From: Phoronis australis
Lineage: Eukaryota; Animalia; Phoronida
Assembly: GCA_002633005.1 (NCBI GenBank)
Contig: NMRA01000220.1
Coordinates: 602,819-666,818 of the forward strand
Length of the DNA stretch: 64,000 nucleotides
Direction: 5' to 3'
The notes beneath the pieces are model-generated. The model worked only from the letters and a program-made list of their open reading frames with translations. It had not been told where the DNA came from and did not search any database. The translations under genes and the position numbers were made by a program. Below are positions 36,269 to 50,084 of this stretch, one piece after another; position 1 is the first letter of the stretch, and every line of letters begins with the position of its first letter.

Positions 36269-38229
36269 ACAAGAACAACGCAGAGCGTTGAAATGCGCCC
36301 ACAATTGCACCGTATACGGTATCCTTCTAGGGTTGTTTATTGGTACCATAAAGTGGCCAGTAGAGGGCATATATGTAGTATGTTGTACTTTGCAAAATGG
36401 AAAGGCATGGTCATTGTCTCCTCAATAGGCTAGGTTTCAAAATGTGAGTGATCTTCATAATACAAGCACACCGTATGCATCAGTTGCTTAAAGCACCACA
36501 GAAACATAGAATTAAAAACAAATTTACCAACATACGAGATTAGCACAGCATTGGAATGCCAGAAACAAATTTCTACTTGGAACTTTTCCTTCATAGTCAC
36601 GAAGTAACACAAAGTATACACCTGAAGACCTATGAAAATACAGAGGTCAATGTGGAATATTTAAATTGCCACTAGAGGCATACCGGTAGTCAGAATCATC
36701 CTAAAGTCGTCATCGTCCGTTGTCAACATCACATAAATACATTTGTTAAATTTAGTAAAGATCCTGCAAACGGTTTGGGAGATACAGCCATGGGCGCAAA
36801 AAAAACTGACACTTGGAGGCTCCAAAATAATCAAAGTCATGGGAAATTCAGCGTCAACCGTCTTCTTCATAGTAAGAACATACATGCCAATTTTCACAAT
36901 CATACTTAGAGCGGTTTGGTTGATAGAAGGGTGGACGCCAAAAACAGACTCAAAAACAGTAAAAATGGCCACTGGGTGTCACAAACTAGGTCGAATCCAT
37001 CCAAAAACGGGAGAATAGCGTCATCGCACTAATAGGTGCCTACATACCAAATTTCATGAAAATCCGTTTAGGACTTGTGAAGATACAGAGGTAAACGTAA
37101 AAAAATAAAATTGCCACTAGGGGGCACACTGGTAGGCGGATCCGTCCAAAAGTCGTCATCATCTGTTGTTAACATCATATACTTACACTTATTAATTTTC
37201 GTAAAGATCCTGAGAACGGTTTAGGTGATACAGCCATAGGCGCAAAAAAACAAAACTGCCACTAGGAGGCGCCACAGTAATCCAAATCGTCTGAAAATCA
37301 TTGTCAGCTGTCTTCTTTATAGTAAACACATACATGCCAATTTTCACAACCATCCTTCGAGCGGTTTGGTTGATAGAGGGGTGGACGCAAAAATACAGAG
37401 TCGAAAACAGTAAAAATGGCCACTAGGTGGCGCAAAATATGTCGAATCCATCTGAAAATGGGAGGACAGCGTCATCTCACTAATAGGTGCTTACATACCA
37501 AATTTCATGAAAATCCGTTCAGGACTTTTGAAGATACAAAGGTAAGCGTAAAAAACTAAAGTTGCCACTAGTGTGCACACCGGTAGTCAAATGCGTCCGA
37601 AACTCGTCATGTTCCGTTGTTAACATCATATAAATATACTTACACAATTTCGTAAAAATCCTGCTAACGGTTTAGGAGATACAGCCATAGGCGAAAAACA
37701 AAACAAAACTGCCACTAGGAGGCGCCACAGTAGTCGAAATCGTCGGAAAATCATCGTCAACCGTCCTCTACATAGTAAGCATATACATGCCAATTTTCAC
37801 CATCATCCTTTGAGCGGTTTGGTTGATAGAGGGATTGACGCAAAAAAACACACTCGAAAACACTAAAAATGGTCCCTAGGTGGCGCAAACTATGTCGAAT
37901 CCATCTGAAAACGGGAGCATAGCGTCATCTCACTTATAAGTGCCTACATACCAAATATCATGAAAATCCGTTCAGGACTTTTGAAGATACAAAGGTAAGC
38001 GTAAAATTGCCACTAGGGGGCACACCGGTAGTCGGATCCGTCCGAAAGTTTGCACATGCCGTCCCATTCATGAATGGAACATATGTGCCAAATTTCATGA
38101 ACATATGTCAAAGGGTTTTGGAGATAGAGCAGCGGACGCCGGACGCCAGACGCCGGACGCCGGACGCCGGACGGACGCCGCCCGTACGGACGGACGGAGA
38201 TGACGGCATAATGCGTTCACATAAAAAAA
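36269..38229 (+). mobile_element. HINE/Helentron-type element, copy B
   Basis: Same 5' end ACAAGAACAACGC..TGCGCCCAC; ~452-bp higher-order repeats (anchors ~36961, 37412, 37865); (GGACGCC)n tail; 3' hairpin truncated. Confidence 0.85.
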
Positions 38230-39631
38230 TGGTTCCAGGTGATCAGTGTAATGGCTCACATGCCCGACCTGCACACGTCTGGTACAAGGTGTATCAGACC
38301 GGCTGCAATTATTTTTTTGATATTAAACCGGAAGGAAAATCTGAAACAGCGTCTGTTTACCGCTAAGTTAGCTACATTTCTAATCAGGCTGTGTAATGTC
38401 AGAAAACGTGGTCGGTCTTCATTATAAGAGGATCCGAAGAAAAAGTGTAGTTGTTTCAAAAGGGTCCAGTATTAGGTCATTCGTTTTTCATTGCCCCGTT
38501 GTTTTATACTGATTGACAATTTGATATTTGGTCTCTGTACTGCTGAAGTATTGACGTTTGTACCGAAGGTATTTGGAATAAAAGTCCAAAATATGTTATG
38601 CATGTGGGAAAAATAATTGAGGGATTGATAATGTTTTGGTCATATTTGATGTATGAATAACCTCATGGAATAATTTTGGCATCTGGGGCCAAAACACGTC
38701 TTAAATCTTCGTGTTTACACATTTACAATAATATTCCTCGTACGCCTTGTTCACTCTTGGAGAGGCTGATAATAGTAACTTGTGCTGGAACTCGAGATAA
38801 GCTTTTATCGCAATAAGCCCTACAATCACGAACGCAGAACACGTCTTGCTTCATCTGGCGCAAGCAAAACTGCGCATCTAAAATTTCCACATGAATATTT
38901 CGTTTAACAGTACATTCATCAATGTGTACAAGTGGATTTTCGTTTGGTTTAACACCAACACAAACTTCACTGAATGGTGGAGCTGTGGAAACATAACGCC
39001 GAGAAAATTTTCAATTTCTAATCTAGAATTCCATGTACATGTACTGTAAGGATAACGCGATTGTTTTGAAATGGGCTTCCTACATAAAAGTGATAGTTCA
39101 GGTAATCACAAATCAAAACTGACCCAAAACATAATGTTTTCTCCGAATAATTGTTCAAGTATGGTGTGCAGTGAAGTCAGTGGTGATTGTTTACAACAGG
39201 GGTAAGAACACTTATAATACCACAATTTATATTCGCGAAAAAGTATTTTCTCGAGAAAAGATCTTGCTCTCAAACATAATTTGCTGAATCATGCTTGATT
39301 TCATTGAGTGTTATTTCCACATTTCTATTAAATAGAGATTCATGTATTTTTCTTCAGAAAGTCACAATCCTTTACTTCGATTTCTGATCAGTGCAATTGG
39401 CCCACACGAGCGACCTGCGCACGTCTGGTACAACGTCACGGACACCCTGTAATTATACCTTCCTTTCACAAAGTACCCAAGCATGCTTGATAATGAGTGG
39501 CATACTAAAAACGAATTTTTTACAAATCGCTCACACATGGGCTAATCTAATGACAACAGAACACAAAATAACTGATCTCGTACAGAGGTCGGGCACGGGT
39601 TGATCCTTTGTACTGGAACTCTCCTCAAATT

Positions 39632-39632
<1 letters not shown>

Positions 39633-39700
<68 letters not shown>

Positions 39701-39751
39701 TGCACACCCGCACGCAAGCAAGCACGCACACACACAAAAACACACACACAC
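39633..39751. repeat. (CA)n-(CACG)n compound microsatellite
   Basis: Directly visible. Confidence 0.95.
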
Positions 39752-40269
39752 TTGCAATAGTAAAGTCCGCGTAGTTACAGCGCCGATAAAGCTCACGTTG
39801 CAATTACACGTGTCCATTCCGTGTATTTTACAACTTTTAAAGTTTTGTTCTTAACCTTTTAGGGATAGGTGGTTTGCTGTCGACATAGCCATTTAGTGAG
39901 ATAAACGTGGAGAGGCAATCGGATAGTCTAGAAAACTATGTCATTGCAAGGTATTTTGTGTGGTCAGTAGATGTCTAATAAATATGATCAAGTAGAGATG
40001 CTGTCACGTTGCTGAGTTTTGGTAAGAAAATGCAATATTTTAGTTGTAGGTGAACGGTACGTTTCATTCAAAGAAAGCTTAAACAGCATGATCGTAATTA
40101 TTTTGAGCTGCAAATACGAGAAAGGCATCGGTCAATTTCTCAATATTTACGACTACTTTTCCCACATCGCCTGTCACTACTATTCGTCTCGTGTCTAGCA
40201 GAGTCACGGCCCCCACGCGGGTTGTGGCGGTGGACAGGATTGTTCATCCGTGAACAACCATGCCCATGT

Positions 40270-40570
40270 GGCACATACTGAGCCACAACACCACGTTCCT
40301 CACAATATCTCTTTTTATCACTCCCGCTAGTCTACTCACACAGCTTGTCGGGAATCTGCTTTGTAGGATGTTATATCCCAGTTGGCTGTTTGCTGTACCC
40401 ACTTGGTACTGTGTGATAATTGCCCATTTGGCAGTACTACCTATTTGGTACTTATTATTGAATTTGCTGTTTTCCTCGACCCGCTTGACAGGCAATCGGC
40501 CAATACCCATTTGGTACTGTGTACCCATTTGGTACTATACCAACCTGTGCCACTTAGTATCCGATACTCA
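40270..40570. repeat. ~300-bp dispersed repeat, copy 2
   Basis: Colinear with 29615-29918, with the same right boundary (CCGATACTCA). Confidence 0.85.
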
Positions 40571-41042
40571 ATAGTCCTTTTCCAAGTTAATAACAATAAC
40601 GCAAGATTATGTGAGACTTAAGTGTGACGGTTTTTTGAAATGAGTAACTTTTCATGGAGTTATATAGTCGGGATAACTATCGTCATCAGGCTCCAATGGT
40701 CGTCTCCTTTCGCGTGCAGCGCAGCCACGCGGGACTTAGCGTTCCAATCTGGAGTGGTCGTCTGCACGTTGGGTACTAACCTCTCGGGAGAAACACGCAT
40801 GGAAGAACTGAGACGAAAATCGGTGCATTTACCGTCTGTTTTGAAACCACTTAAAATTTTTTAGATTTTACTAAATATTAAATGCACTTTTTGTTCATTT
40901 TAGAAGATATTTTCGTAAATTAAATTTTCTTCAGACGGAAGAAAAAACAACCCAGGGATTGTTTATGCAATGGATCTATTTGTCCCAAGCACTAATCGAC
41001 ACCTGTTAATCCAACTGAAAAACGCAGCAGACAAATGCAACA

Positions 41043-41270
41043 TGCTGGGTGGATCCAGGATTTACAGTTAGGGGGGCCAGGGCACAGGAATAACCAGAAC
41101 TTTGGCAATTGCGAGCGCCCAGTCTAAAGTGTAGGGTTGTAGGATCTCGAAATTTGGGGTTTGGGGACCTTATTACTAAAAAAAACTAAAAAAAACCTAA
41201 ACGGGTTTTTCATGGCATCTGGGAGAGTTTTAGGGAGCATGGCCCCCTTGGCCCCCTAAATCCGTCACTG
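41043..41270. mobile_element. hAT-like MITE
   Basis: GGTGGATCCAGGATTT..GGGGGGCC left end and GGCCCCCTAAATCCGTCACTG right end, a common invertebrate hAT-MITE layout; TSD not resolved. Confidence 0.5.
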
Positions 41271-42375
41271 GGGTGGTTAACAGTTTCGGCTCACGCGTTG
41301 GTCATAAAAATTTTGTCCACGTGTTTTTATTGCAAAACACAGTACTGAACTCAACATTTATGTTGAAATTTTTGGTTCAGGCATTTTGGTTTTATTTGAA
41401 GAAATTTAAAAATCTTGACTTGATAGAGAGTGGCCACCAATAAACATTGACTTTAATTCAGTATATTGCACTGTTACATACAACACAGCATGACATAATA
41501 AAAAATAAAGAAAGAGATTGAGCAATGAAATGTAAATGCAATTTGGGTTTTTATTTATTTATTTATTTATGATGGCAAAAGCCTGTTAAAGGTGACAAAA
41601 AATCAAACAATATGATATTGGGTAATTTATTAGAACAACTGCATCGAGGTTCAATGATCAACTTCCTCCGACCAAGTCCCAAAGCGTTACAGTTCTCTTG
41701 TGGCTGACAAGGTGTTAACAGAGAACGAAGAAAAACTGAAAAGAAAAAGAAAGACAGCAGAGATAAGTGGTGTTAAAAACAACAAGAGCAAAAAGTCAAA
41801 TAAAGAAGTCACAAACAGAAAATAAGTAAGGTTTATTTGGAATAAAACAATTGTGATTTTCTTTCAAGAACTGAAATTCTGAACCAATTTTAATCGATTT
41901 AGAAATTGGTATCATACCAATAACACAGTTTGTTTTTGAAAATCACTTTCCACTATTTTTTGGCCTTGTTCTGCGTGGTTTTCTGTTCTTTCAAAAGGCG
42001 GCAGCATATGACGACCATAGAAGTCATTATGAAATGGCTGCCGAAAAGCAATGCACAGCTGAAACAACTCAGCATAAATAAAGGAAAACTTTTGAATCAA
42101 CGAATACTATATATTTGTGAGATTTAAATCAAATCCTATTCAGAGCATAACTTTGAAGTGAAATAAATGAAAGTCAGAGTCATGGAGACTCGTGGAGTAA
42201 TGATGTTTGGGTGCTTGGGCAGCGAGTCACACTAGCTTCCTCCCCTCAAGTACCCCCATACCTAGCTGTACTTGTACAGTAAAAAGAGCGTGCTCCGACT
42301 GTTAGTCCTTTGGTATGGCAAAGCTCTCATACTTCAAGGTCGTTGTGCGTGAGCGAAGAGCCACAACCTTCTCGA

Positions 42376-43460
42376 GGTGATGAAATTAGAGAGGATACAG
42401 AACACTGGGATGCGAATTATCCTGGGTTGTACTCAGGACACCCCAATAGCAGCAATAAGAAACATTCCTGGGCTCTCGAGTATTGAACAAAGGCACAGAC
42501 TAGCCCAGGTGAAAGCATTGTTTCGGGTGGCTAAAAAAAGGAAACCTCTCTTGTATGACCAGTTGGCTGTACCCAAAGTCACCAGCATAAAGCGTGGCAA
42601 TTCATGGTTGGTAGCAGCGGAAACCACAGTAGAAAGAGTGTGTGAGCTGGATCTAGTTCGCAGAGGAGCAGAGTATATGAAGGTGGATGACAAAATATCT
42701 AGCAGATTCACCGCGGTTGTCATTACTATCGTATGGACCGAGAGTGTCGTGACAGGACGGCTTGTGCAGTTAACAGTGAAGTTCTTTTCTATTAAAACTG
42801 TAATGAGGGAAATGCTGTGGTGTACACTGATGGATCGGTTAAAGGAGGAGAAAAATCTGGATAGGGCTATGAAGTCAATGTGGATGGCAAAATAGCAGCG
42901 GAAAATGGTGAGGCATATGAGCTCACGACATCTAGTATGAAGATGGAGGAGGTTGCTGCTGAAAAGGCACTTGCATGGCTACAGGAAAGCACTCATGCAT
43001 GTACCTACGCAGTTATTGTGAGACTCTCAGAGCACGCTGAGAAAAATCAAACCAGAATGGCTGCTGTATTTATAAAACAGTGGACTGAGAAAGGTTACTT
43101 GGATATTCTCCCCTGGGCATGTCGGGGTCGCCGGAAATGAGAAAGCTGGCAAGTTAGCGGGAAATGCACCGATAAAGCGCGCCCTCACATTGGGAGAGAG
43201 GGAGATTCTCGGAGCGCTTAGAGAGGTGGAGCCACGGGAGAATGGAGATGCAGTTGACAGAATGCAGCTGTTTGGATGTGAGAGAGACTGTGGTGCTGAT
43301 AGTCGGTTGCAAGACGACCGTGACTGAGTAATCAGCAGTTGGTTGGAGTGGTTAGTCAAAGGACCTTGTCTGACTTGATGACGTGGAAAGCCGAGCATCT
43401 ATGGGTCTGCCCCGAGTGTGACGACGCTGATTCCGCACCCAAGTAATACCCAAGTAATTA
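42376..43460 (+). mobile_element. 5'-truncated non-LTR retrotransposon with RNase H (I-group/Ingi/Nimb-like), decayed
   Basis: KLERIQNTGMRIILGC..DTPI; TDGSV..G.KSG; TSSMKME..A...AL.WL; VTWIFSPGHVGVAGNEKA (RNase H motifs); short 3' repeat CCCAAGTAAT x2. Confidence 0.88.
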
Positions 43461-43942
43461 CGGGAGTACGACAACAAGCCGGTTTTATGCTTAGGCGGAC
43501 GACCATTGGGTTCCGAGTGTAAATGTACTATCGCCCCGGTATGCCTGCGGTATTCAGGCCTAGACCGGGTCAAGTTCCAATTTCAGTCCGTTCACAGCTT
43601 CGCATAACATACCAAGTTCACATTTTCTTCGTCCATTCACAGTTATTCCACGATCAAAATACCTTCCCTTAAATCGTGTTAACGTTTTAAGTGTAAAATT
43701 CACAATAAGAACTCCAGTAAGGTTTCGCGTGTGTAGCAAAGACTCGAGGCAAAACAAGAACAATATGGCGGGTTTTGTCCTCCTTCCGGTGACGTCCCAT
43801 TGAAACTCGCAAGGGAGCTATTACATATTGGGTATCGTAAATGTGTGTGTTATCTCTTGTAACTAAGGTACCATCTGGTTCCTTCTGTGAAATACATGTA
43901 ATTATTTGTAGAGGTGATCCTGAAATTCCCAATACAACTTAA

Positions 43943-44914
43943 GAGCATGTTCGCGAATGGACCAGGCAGAGGGTGATAAACGCAGATTCTCTTGACGTTT
44001 TCTCTGCATTACATCAGTCCGTTCTCTTGATATCTTTGTCAGCAAGCTATCTGCCTTTCTGAAGTAACAGTGAGAGGTGCCAAAATTTGGGACACCCGCT
44101 TACCGACTGACTTATCTGTTAACGACGTCCACTATGTATATTTCTAATTTTAAACCTGTTATAGTTTTTCTCGTTTTTGTTGTTCTTCATTGTTATACAG
44201 TGACATAATGCTCTGGAGAGAGTGTGGTCACTTAAACCAAGAAGAAGAAGAAGAAAAGAAGAAGAAGAAGAAAAAGAAGAAGAAGACGTATTGTTAGACA
44301 CTGGGTTCCCGGAAAACGCGCAATTTTAACGAAAATGAAAAAAGTTCTCCTAAACAAATGCTCCTGACGTAATGACAATAAACTAAATATTAATAAAACA
44401 AGTTTTGAATCAAAATTATGAACTCTACTGGTGTTGTAGTGTTCCAAACAGGTATTGGTATTGAAGGTAATTTCAACTCAGGCAGTTGTCAAAAATCTTG
44501 CACTTCCTATATAGGGAAATGCTCAAAGTGTGGGGATATTGCAATGCTTTGGTAACCTCTGACCCCTCTATATTTTGTGCCTGAAATTTTGAACTTAGCG
44601 GCATAGTTAATGAGTATTGCTTTACATATTTGTGAAGCCGGAGACTTGCTTTATTAAAAAAATACATACAAATGATTATCTTGTGTACCGGTATTTTTTA
44701 TTATGCATTGCAAAAAAGTCCATTGCATGGTATATCCTCAAAATAGATCGAGCTCCCTGATTTTTTCCCCTTAAACAATGTAAAATGAGATTGGAGTTTA
44801 CTGCTTTGTTTATCACCCCAAAAGCAACTGAAATGCATAGTACGGTTGGTATACCTGACATTGGGTTTATCACGCCTCTGGGCATATTTGTCTGCTGTGA
44901 GCCAAACTTCACTC
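43943..44914. mobile_element. Non-autonomous Sola3-like DNA element
   Basis: GAG...CTC termini, TTAA duplication (43939-43942, 44915-44918), subterminal IR CAGAGGGTGATAAAC / GTTTATCACGCCTCTG; paralogous empty site with a single TTAA at 30035-30038. Confidence 0.75.
44240..44287. repeat. (GAA)n microsatellite
   Basis: Directly visible. Confidence 0.9.
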
Positions 44915-45291
44915 TTAAAATGTATACTTTTCTTTTGTTGTTTTATTTGACCCCAATAATTCTTAATAGACCAAAGTTGAGATCGCCGACAACAATGAGT
45001 TCTTTCTGATCTGTTTGATCAATAACGACACCCGTCAGATCATCTGAAAATAATTGCAATTTTGTGTCTGTCTGGAGTTACGTAAATATTTGATGTGTAT
45101 CTTGATATAGTAGAGTAGCCCTAAGCATTCACACGCTTTAAAATTGTATGGAATGGCTTTTTAATAAATACACGGATTATTCCTGGTGTACACTGTACGT
45201 GAGCAGTGGAACATGAGTAATATAATCTGGTGCAAAACCTTTAAAGTGCATGCCATTACTTTATCGATTTAGTTTTTGGCCATTGTAACAG

Positions 45292-45735
45292 GAAAAAGTT
45301 GAAAATGAAAACTGAGACACGATTCAATATCCAAGTTGTCAATGTTTCGATTTATTGGCATAAAATCGTAATGAGGAAGCAATGTCATTAATCGGCAATA
45401 CAAGTAAAACACTTAATGAACATCACAATCCATGCAGTAGTACTGATAAGCAACAAGACAGTGACTAGAATAATTCAAAACCATACGACACAACGTTTCT
45501 GTTGAATGACTTCCCAGCATGAGCCTGCTTGATGTGATTAGGTTCACGGGTAGCCAGCTTGACCTGGTTGAGGTATTTGTCTGTTATTTTGACTCCAGAA
45601 AAGCCAATCTAATGGCCAGTTAACACTGACTGAGTAAATAGAATAGACTACCGTTGGTGTATTAAGTGTGCCCGCCGAAACATTGCCAACTTGGATCTTG
45701 AATCGTGTCGCAATGTTCACTTTCAACTTTCTCCA
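45292..45735. repeat. ~55-60 bp imperfect inverted repeat pair around ~330 bp spacer
   Basis: AAAGTTGAAAATGAAAACTGAGACACGATTCAATATCCAAGTTGTCAATGTTTCG is inverted to CGAAACATTGCCAACTTGGATCTTGAATCGTGTCGCAATGTTCACTTTCAACTTT. Confidence 0.75.
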
Positions 45736-48700
45736 ATCACTGCTCTTGTACGCGGAAAGAATACATACACTACGGTTGTTTTAAAATCACCAAGAATGAC
45801 TCTAAAACTGTCAATTTTAGCGTTGAATGATTGGATATTGTCACTCTCATTGAGTTCATCTTTTTTAAATGCAAAAAAATCTTTAAAACGGCCTTCGGTG
45901 TCATAATAATTGGATTTGCTGATTTTACACGCATACACCGTATACTAAGAGTGTTAACAACATTATAGCCAATATGCCCCCGATAATGTCTGATCACTTT
46001 CTCGGTATTTACGGTCAGATTTACAATAGTAATTATGTTCACCATAGCTGCTGTCCAGTCGTAGTTGCTTGTGTAAATCAAAAAATATCCACACAAGAAC
46101 AAAGACAAGTTAAATATCAAGTATACATCCACAACCGAACACACCAGATACACGGACGTCAACTGGTGTAATTAATGTCACATTAGTAGACTAAGCGGAG
46201 TAGGAGTTACAACTGAACATAACCCCTGTTGCCGAGTTCCAACTCAAACATGACAGGAAACTTTTCGTAAGTAATAATTTAATATTGGAAATTAAAGCTC
46301 CCTTTCGAAGGAAATCTGATGACACTAACCTAACTTAGCACCACCTCCTACACACCTAGACTATGTAAATCCCTGAGAAATTTATAGTATAGACTGTAGG
46401 CCTATGCACCGAGCGGTAGTTTCTAGCGAGGGTTTACTGACAAAAGCTTTAACCTTGCACAACGAGAAAACTGTAAATATTTCGAGTATATGCAAACACC
46501 GGATGCACACTGATGTGCGTCAGGAGAACTCCAGAAACATTGCTTGCCACCGGCCTCAGTCTGCACTCATTGGGGAAACTCCCGAAACGCGACTTCTGTC
46601 GCTGAGCATACGTAACGAAGCTAGCCGACCCATGGTCTATAAACATGACTAGCGCTCATCGCCTTTCTACTTAACGATAACGAGTAAACCTCATTTTAGA
46701 GTAACAAAATGAACTTGGTACTCACTCTGAAGCTTCCCCGAAATGAATGACGGTGGCAACAAACAGTATCAGCAACATATTAAATGTTTCGTGCCAATCT
46801 CTGGGATGCTTCACGTAGGTACCTGCCGTTCATACACCTGAAGCACGCAGTTGTGTTGTTTGTTAACCCAGAGCAAACAGATTGGATTTGCTTTTGTACG
46901 ATTATTCGGTCACCCAATGTAGCACCAGTAATACGAAGGTCACTCATGTCATTGTGACGACAACCGTGCACGTACATGTACATAGATTTTGTCGATGTTT
47001 GTAAATATTAATCGGGTGCAAATGAATTACACCACAATTGTCTTGCGTAAAACGTCTTTAATTTGCCGGGTCTCCATAATTTGTGAGTTAGAAGTTGAGC
47101 ATGGATCCTCACAGCATGTGATCTTATTTCAGGCGACGTCTTATTGTGCAAGATTTTATAGAGATACATGTACATGTAATTCTCGAAAGTTTGTGAGTAC
47201 AAGCCATAGCATTCGTTCGTTCCGGTGTAGTTTCCTGCTAATAAATTACATGGCTTAGGGTGGAACTTTTGTTAACAACAAACGAAGAAAGAGTTTAGCC
47301 TTGTACTCACCAAAAACTTCTTCCGAACAAATTTTATTCATAATTTTGGAATATTTTGCGGACTAAATGTCCCAAAAATTGTCAAACGGCGGATTATGTG
47401 ATGAGGTTCGGGAATACGGCCTCAAAGTCATCCAGTTAATTCTACGTTTCAACGATTTTGAATGTTGACAATTTCACTAAATATATCCCCATGATGAAGC
47501 ACCACCAAAATGCTGTACCTAAGACAAATAATTAAATAAATAACATTTACTTTTGACACTAGGCCTGCGGGAAAAGTATGGAACCTTCTTTATTGATATC
47601 TAAACGTTTCGCAACTGCGCAGGTTTTCAACCGAACTGCATCATATTCACGTGATTAGGAATCCCTTCATGAGCTTTTGATGCCTTACGATTACACCAGA
47701 AGAAAAAGATAAGTAATTTAATTACTAACAGATTATTATTTTGCTCACGTGAACGGGTAAAAATTCTTTTTAATGCTATAAACAAGAAGCCTTATCAAAA
47801 TGCAAGGAATATGAAAGAGCGTACACCTGTAGTGATAAAACCCTTCATTTGCTTTTCGGCTGGTCAATTAACTACTTTGTCGACTAATTAACTTGTAATG
47901 ACAACTTTTTATAGCTAATAGTAGCAGAAACAGGAAATGAACTAGAGAGGTAGACATTGAGTAAATGACAATTTAAACCAGAAGGAAAATAATTTCTGTG
48001 GCTTACAATATTGCTAACGTACATGCAGGAAGAAACAAATTTTGACAATGGATCCATCACAGTTGCTGTGAAGAAATTAGTAAGGCATTCGTCCAAATGT
48101 ATGCATCTATTTTTATTAATTGGAGACTTTTAATACTATTACATTCTCCAGTAAAAAATTCAAGAGTCATGACATTTACAAAAATGCGACAATCTAATTA
48201 CTCCAAGTACATGTAGCTACGCGTAGTTTTCAGATAAGGGTTTTCTGAAATAATTAGATTAATTAATTTCTTCACAAGTAAAAATTAAGTGTTACTGATA
48301 CACGTACGTGTGTCACAGAAAGCCAGAGACGTTGGAACACGTCTGTACTATTGTTATGTTAGGTCTACTAAATAAAACTGGCCTTTGCAAAAAATCAACA
48401 TTCACAACAAAGAGATAATGTTTTAGGAACACAGGCTGCATAGTTGTCAACCTTCGGGAATAAAAAAACAAAATACGGGATAAGTGGATTGAAAACAAGG
48501 ACATATGGATAAAAAGCAGAAAATCCTGGTCTATGCCATTACGCAGGGCTAAAATGTTCGCCGCAACACACAAAACATCCCGACATTGTTTTTAGCTAAC
48601 GGGAGAAATAGGGTGCCTTCATGTAACTTCAAAAAACGCGCGACGCCCATTTTCCTTGTTTATTCGAACGGTAAATTGTGGGTGCAGGAGAAACCCATGA

Positions 48701-49712
48701 ACATCCGGTTATTTTCCTTTTAGTAGAACAGGAATATAAGGATATGTTGCGTGACTCTCTTGGGAAATCCCAGTCGTGTATGGTAATACGCCAATTTTTC
48801 TGTGTGCCAAAAAGCGAGACATTTGGAAAGTGTCACAGGATGGTGGGGGAAATTTTCAAAAAGTGTGGCCATCCGACAGGAGCGGGTCAAATGTCAAGTA
48901 CGCTCTCGGTAACACAAAGTAGTGGAATCTCTTTCAGGGTATGCTTATCATTTTTCATTTTGTTTCTCGAGTATAGGCAAATGCAATAGATAACATTACT
49001 TCTCAGAAACGTGGTAAACACTTCTCTTTGTTCATGGTGTGTTGATAATTGCAAAACATACCCTTATTAACCAAATGTAATTCATTTCCGTAAAATTATG
49101 TCTTGTTGAAATTATGTAGTTTAATATGTTGTCGAAGTAGCTACATACTTTCTTTCAGCATTTAAATTAGGTCTATGTTTACACAACTTTTTATCATAGC
49201 TAAAATAAAACAATGAACATGCTACTGAAGCAATGGTGTTAGAATTTGATACACTGTAAGTACAACACAGTATCACAAGTTTATTTTGTATCTCATCACT
49301 ACTTGTCATGTGTACCGTCCATTTTTGTTGTCAAGTCTTGATAAATTCAAAATTGTGTTGAGTTCAGCTGCGAAATCCTGTCCCGACACTGCATTCAAAG
49401 TACGAAGTCTTGAATGCTAGCACTATTTACTTTTCGCGTTGCATTCCAAACGACTTGCTAAGACTTTTGTCTCATCCTTTGTCACTGTCTATTATATAAG
49501 CATCAGTGGCGATTCGGGCCCAAGTCTCCATTATGAGTTTTTACTTGTTTTCACATACTAGTACACGTATCAATTTTGCTAAAAGCTGTCTTTTGCTGGT
49601 TTTTTTTTCTGCTCGTAAGTATGTATGCTTTTGCGAGACCATTTTCATCTTGTAAGAATTACTTCATGTAAACATGGATGAACTTGGTTGCATCTCCAAA
49701 TTTACATTGCTT

Positions 49713-49822
49713 GCGACACTGGAAGGAGGAGGGCCAGAGGGTACGCACCGGGGTAGCTTCTGGACCTCCTCCTTCCAGTGTCGCCCATTTTAATGGGTTT
49801 TAAAAAACCCATTAAAATGGGC
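49713..49822. repeat. Two abutting hairpins (32-bp arms with 3 mismatches; perfect 19-bp arms)
   Basis: 49713-49744 pairs with 49753-49784; 49783-49801 pairs with 49804-49822. Confidence 0.9.
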
Positions 49823-50084
49823 CCATGACTATTTTGATGCGCACCGTGTCCTAAAGTGTATAATGGTTTCACTGTGACTTATTAAGATTTTGTATGCGGT
49901 GGTCTACAAGAGACGTTTAAATATAATGTTATTCAATGGGAGGTTTCGTCACAGGGCTTTACCAGGGGGTCATTACTGTCCACCTTAAGGCAATAAACCC
50001 AAAGAAAATGGGCTACTGGAGACCTATCATTTTACAAAACTTTATCGGCCAGTGTTGCTCAACGTTTTAAGAAGCATCATACAC

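Noticed and set aside
39531-39854. HT/CV-repeat ORFs (also 3184-3443)
   Set aside because: They are translations of (CA)n/(CACG)n tracts.
46780-46983. Cys-containing minus-strand ORF as a gene A exon
   Set aside because: No convincing acceptor and no recognisable domain.
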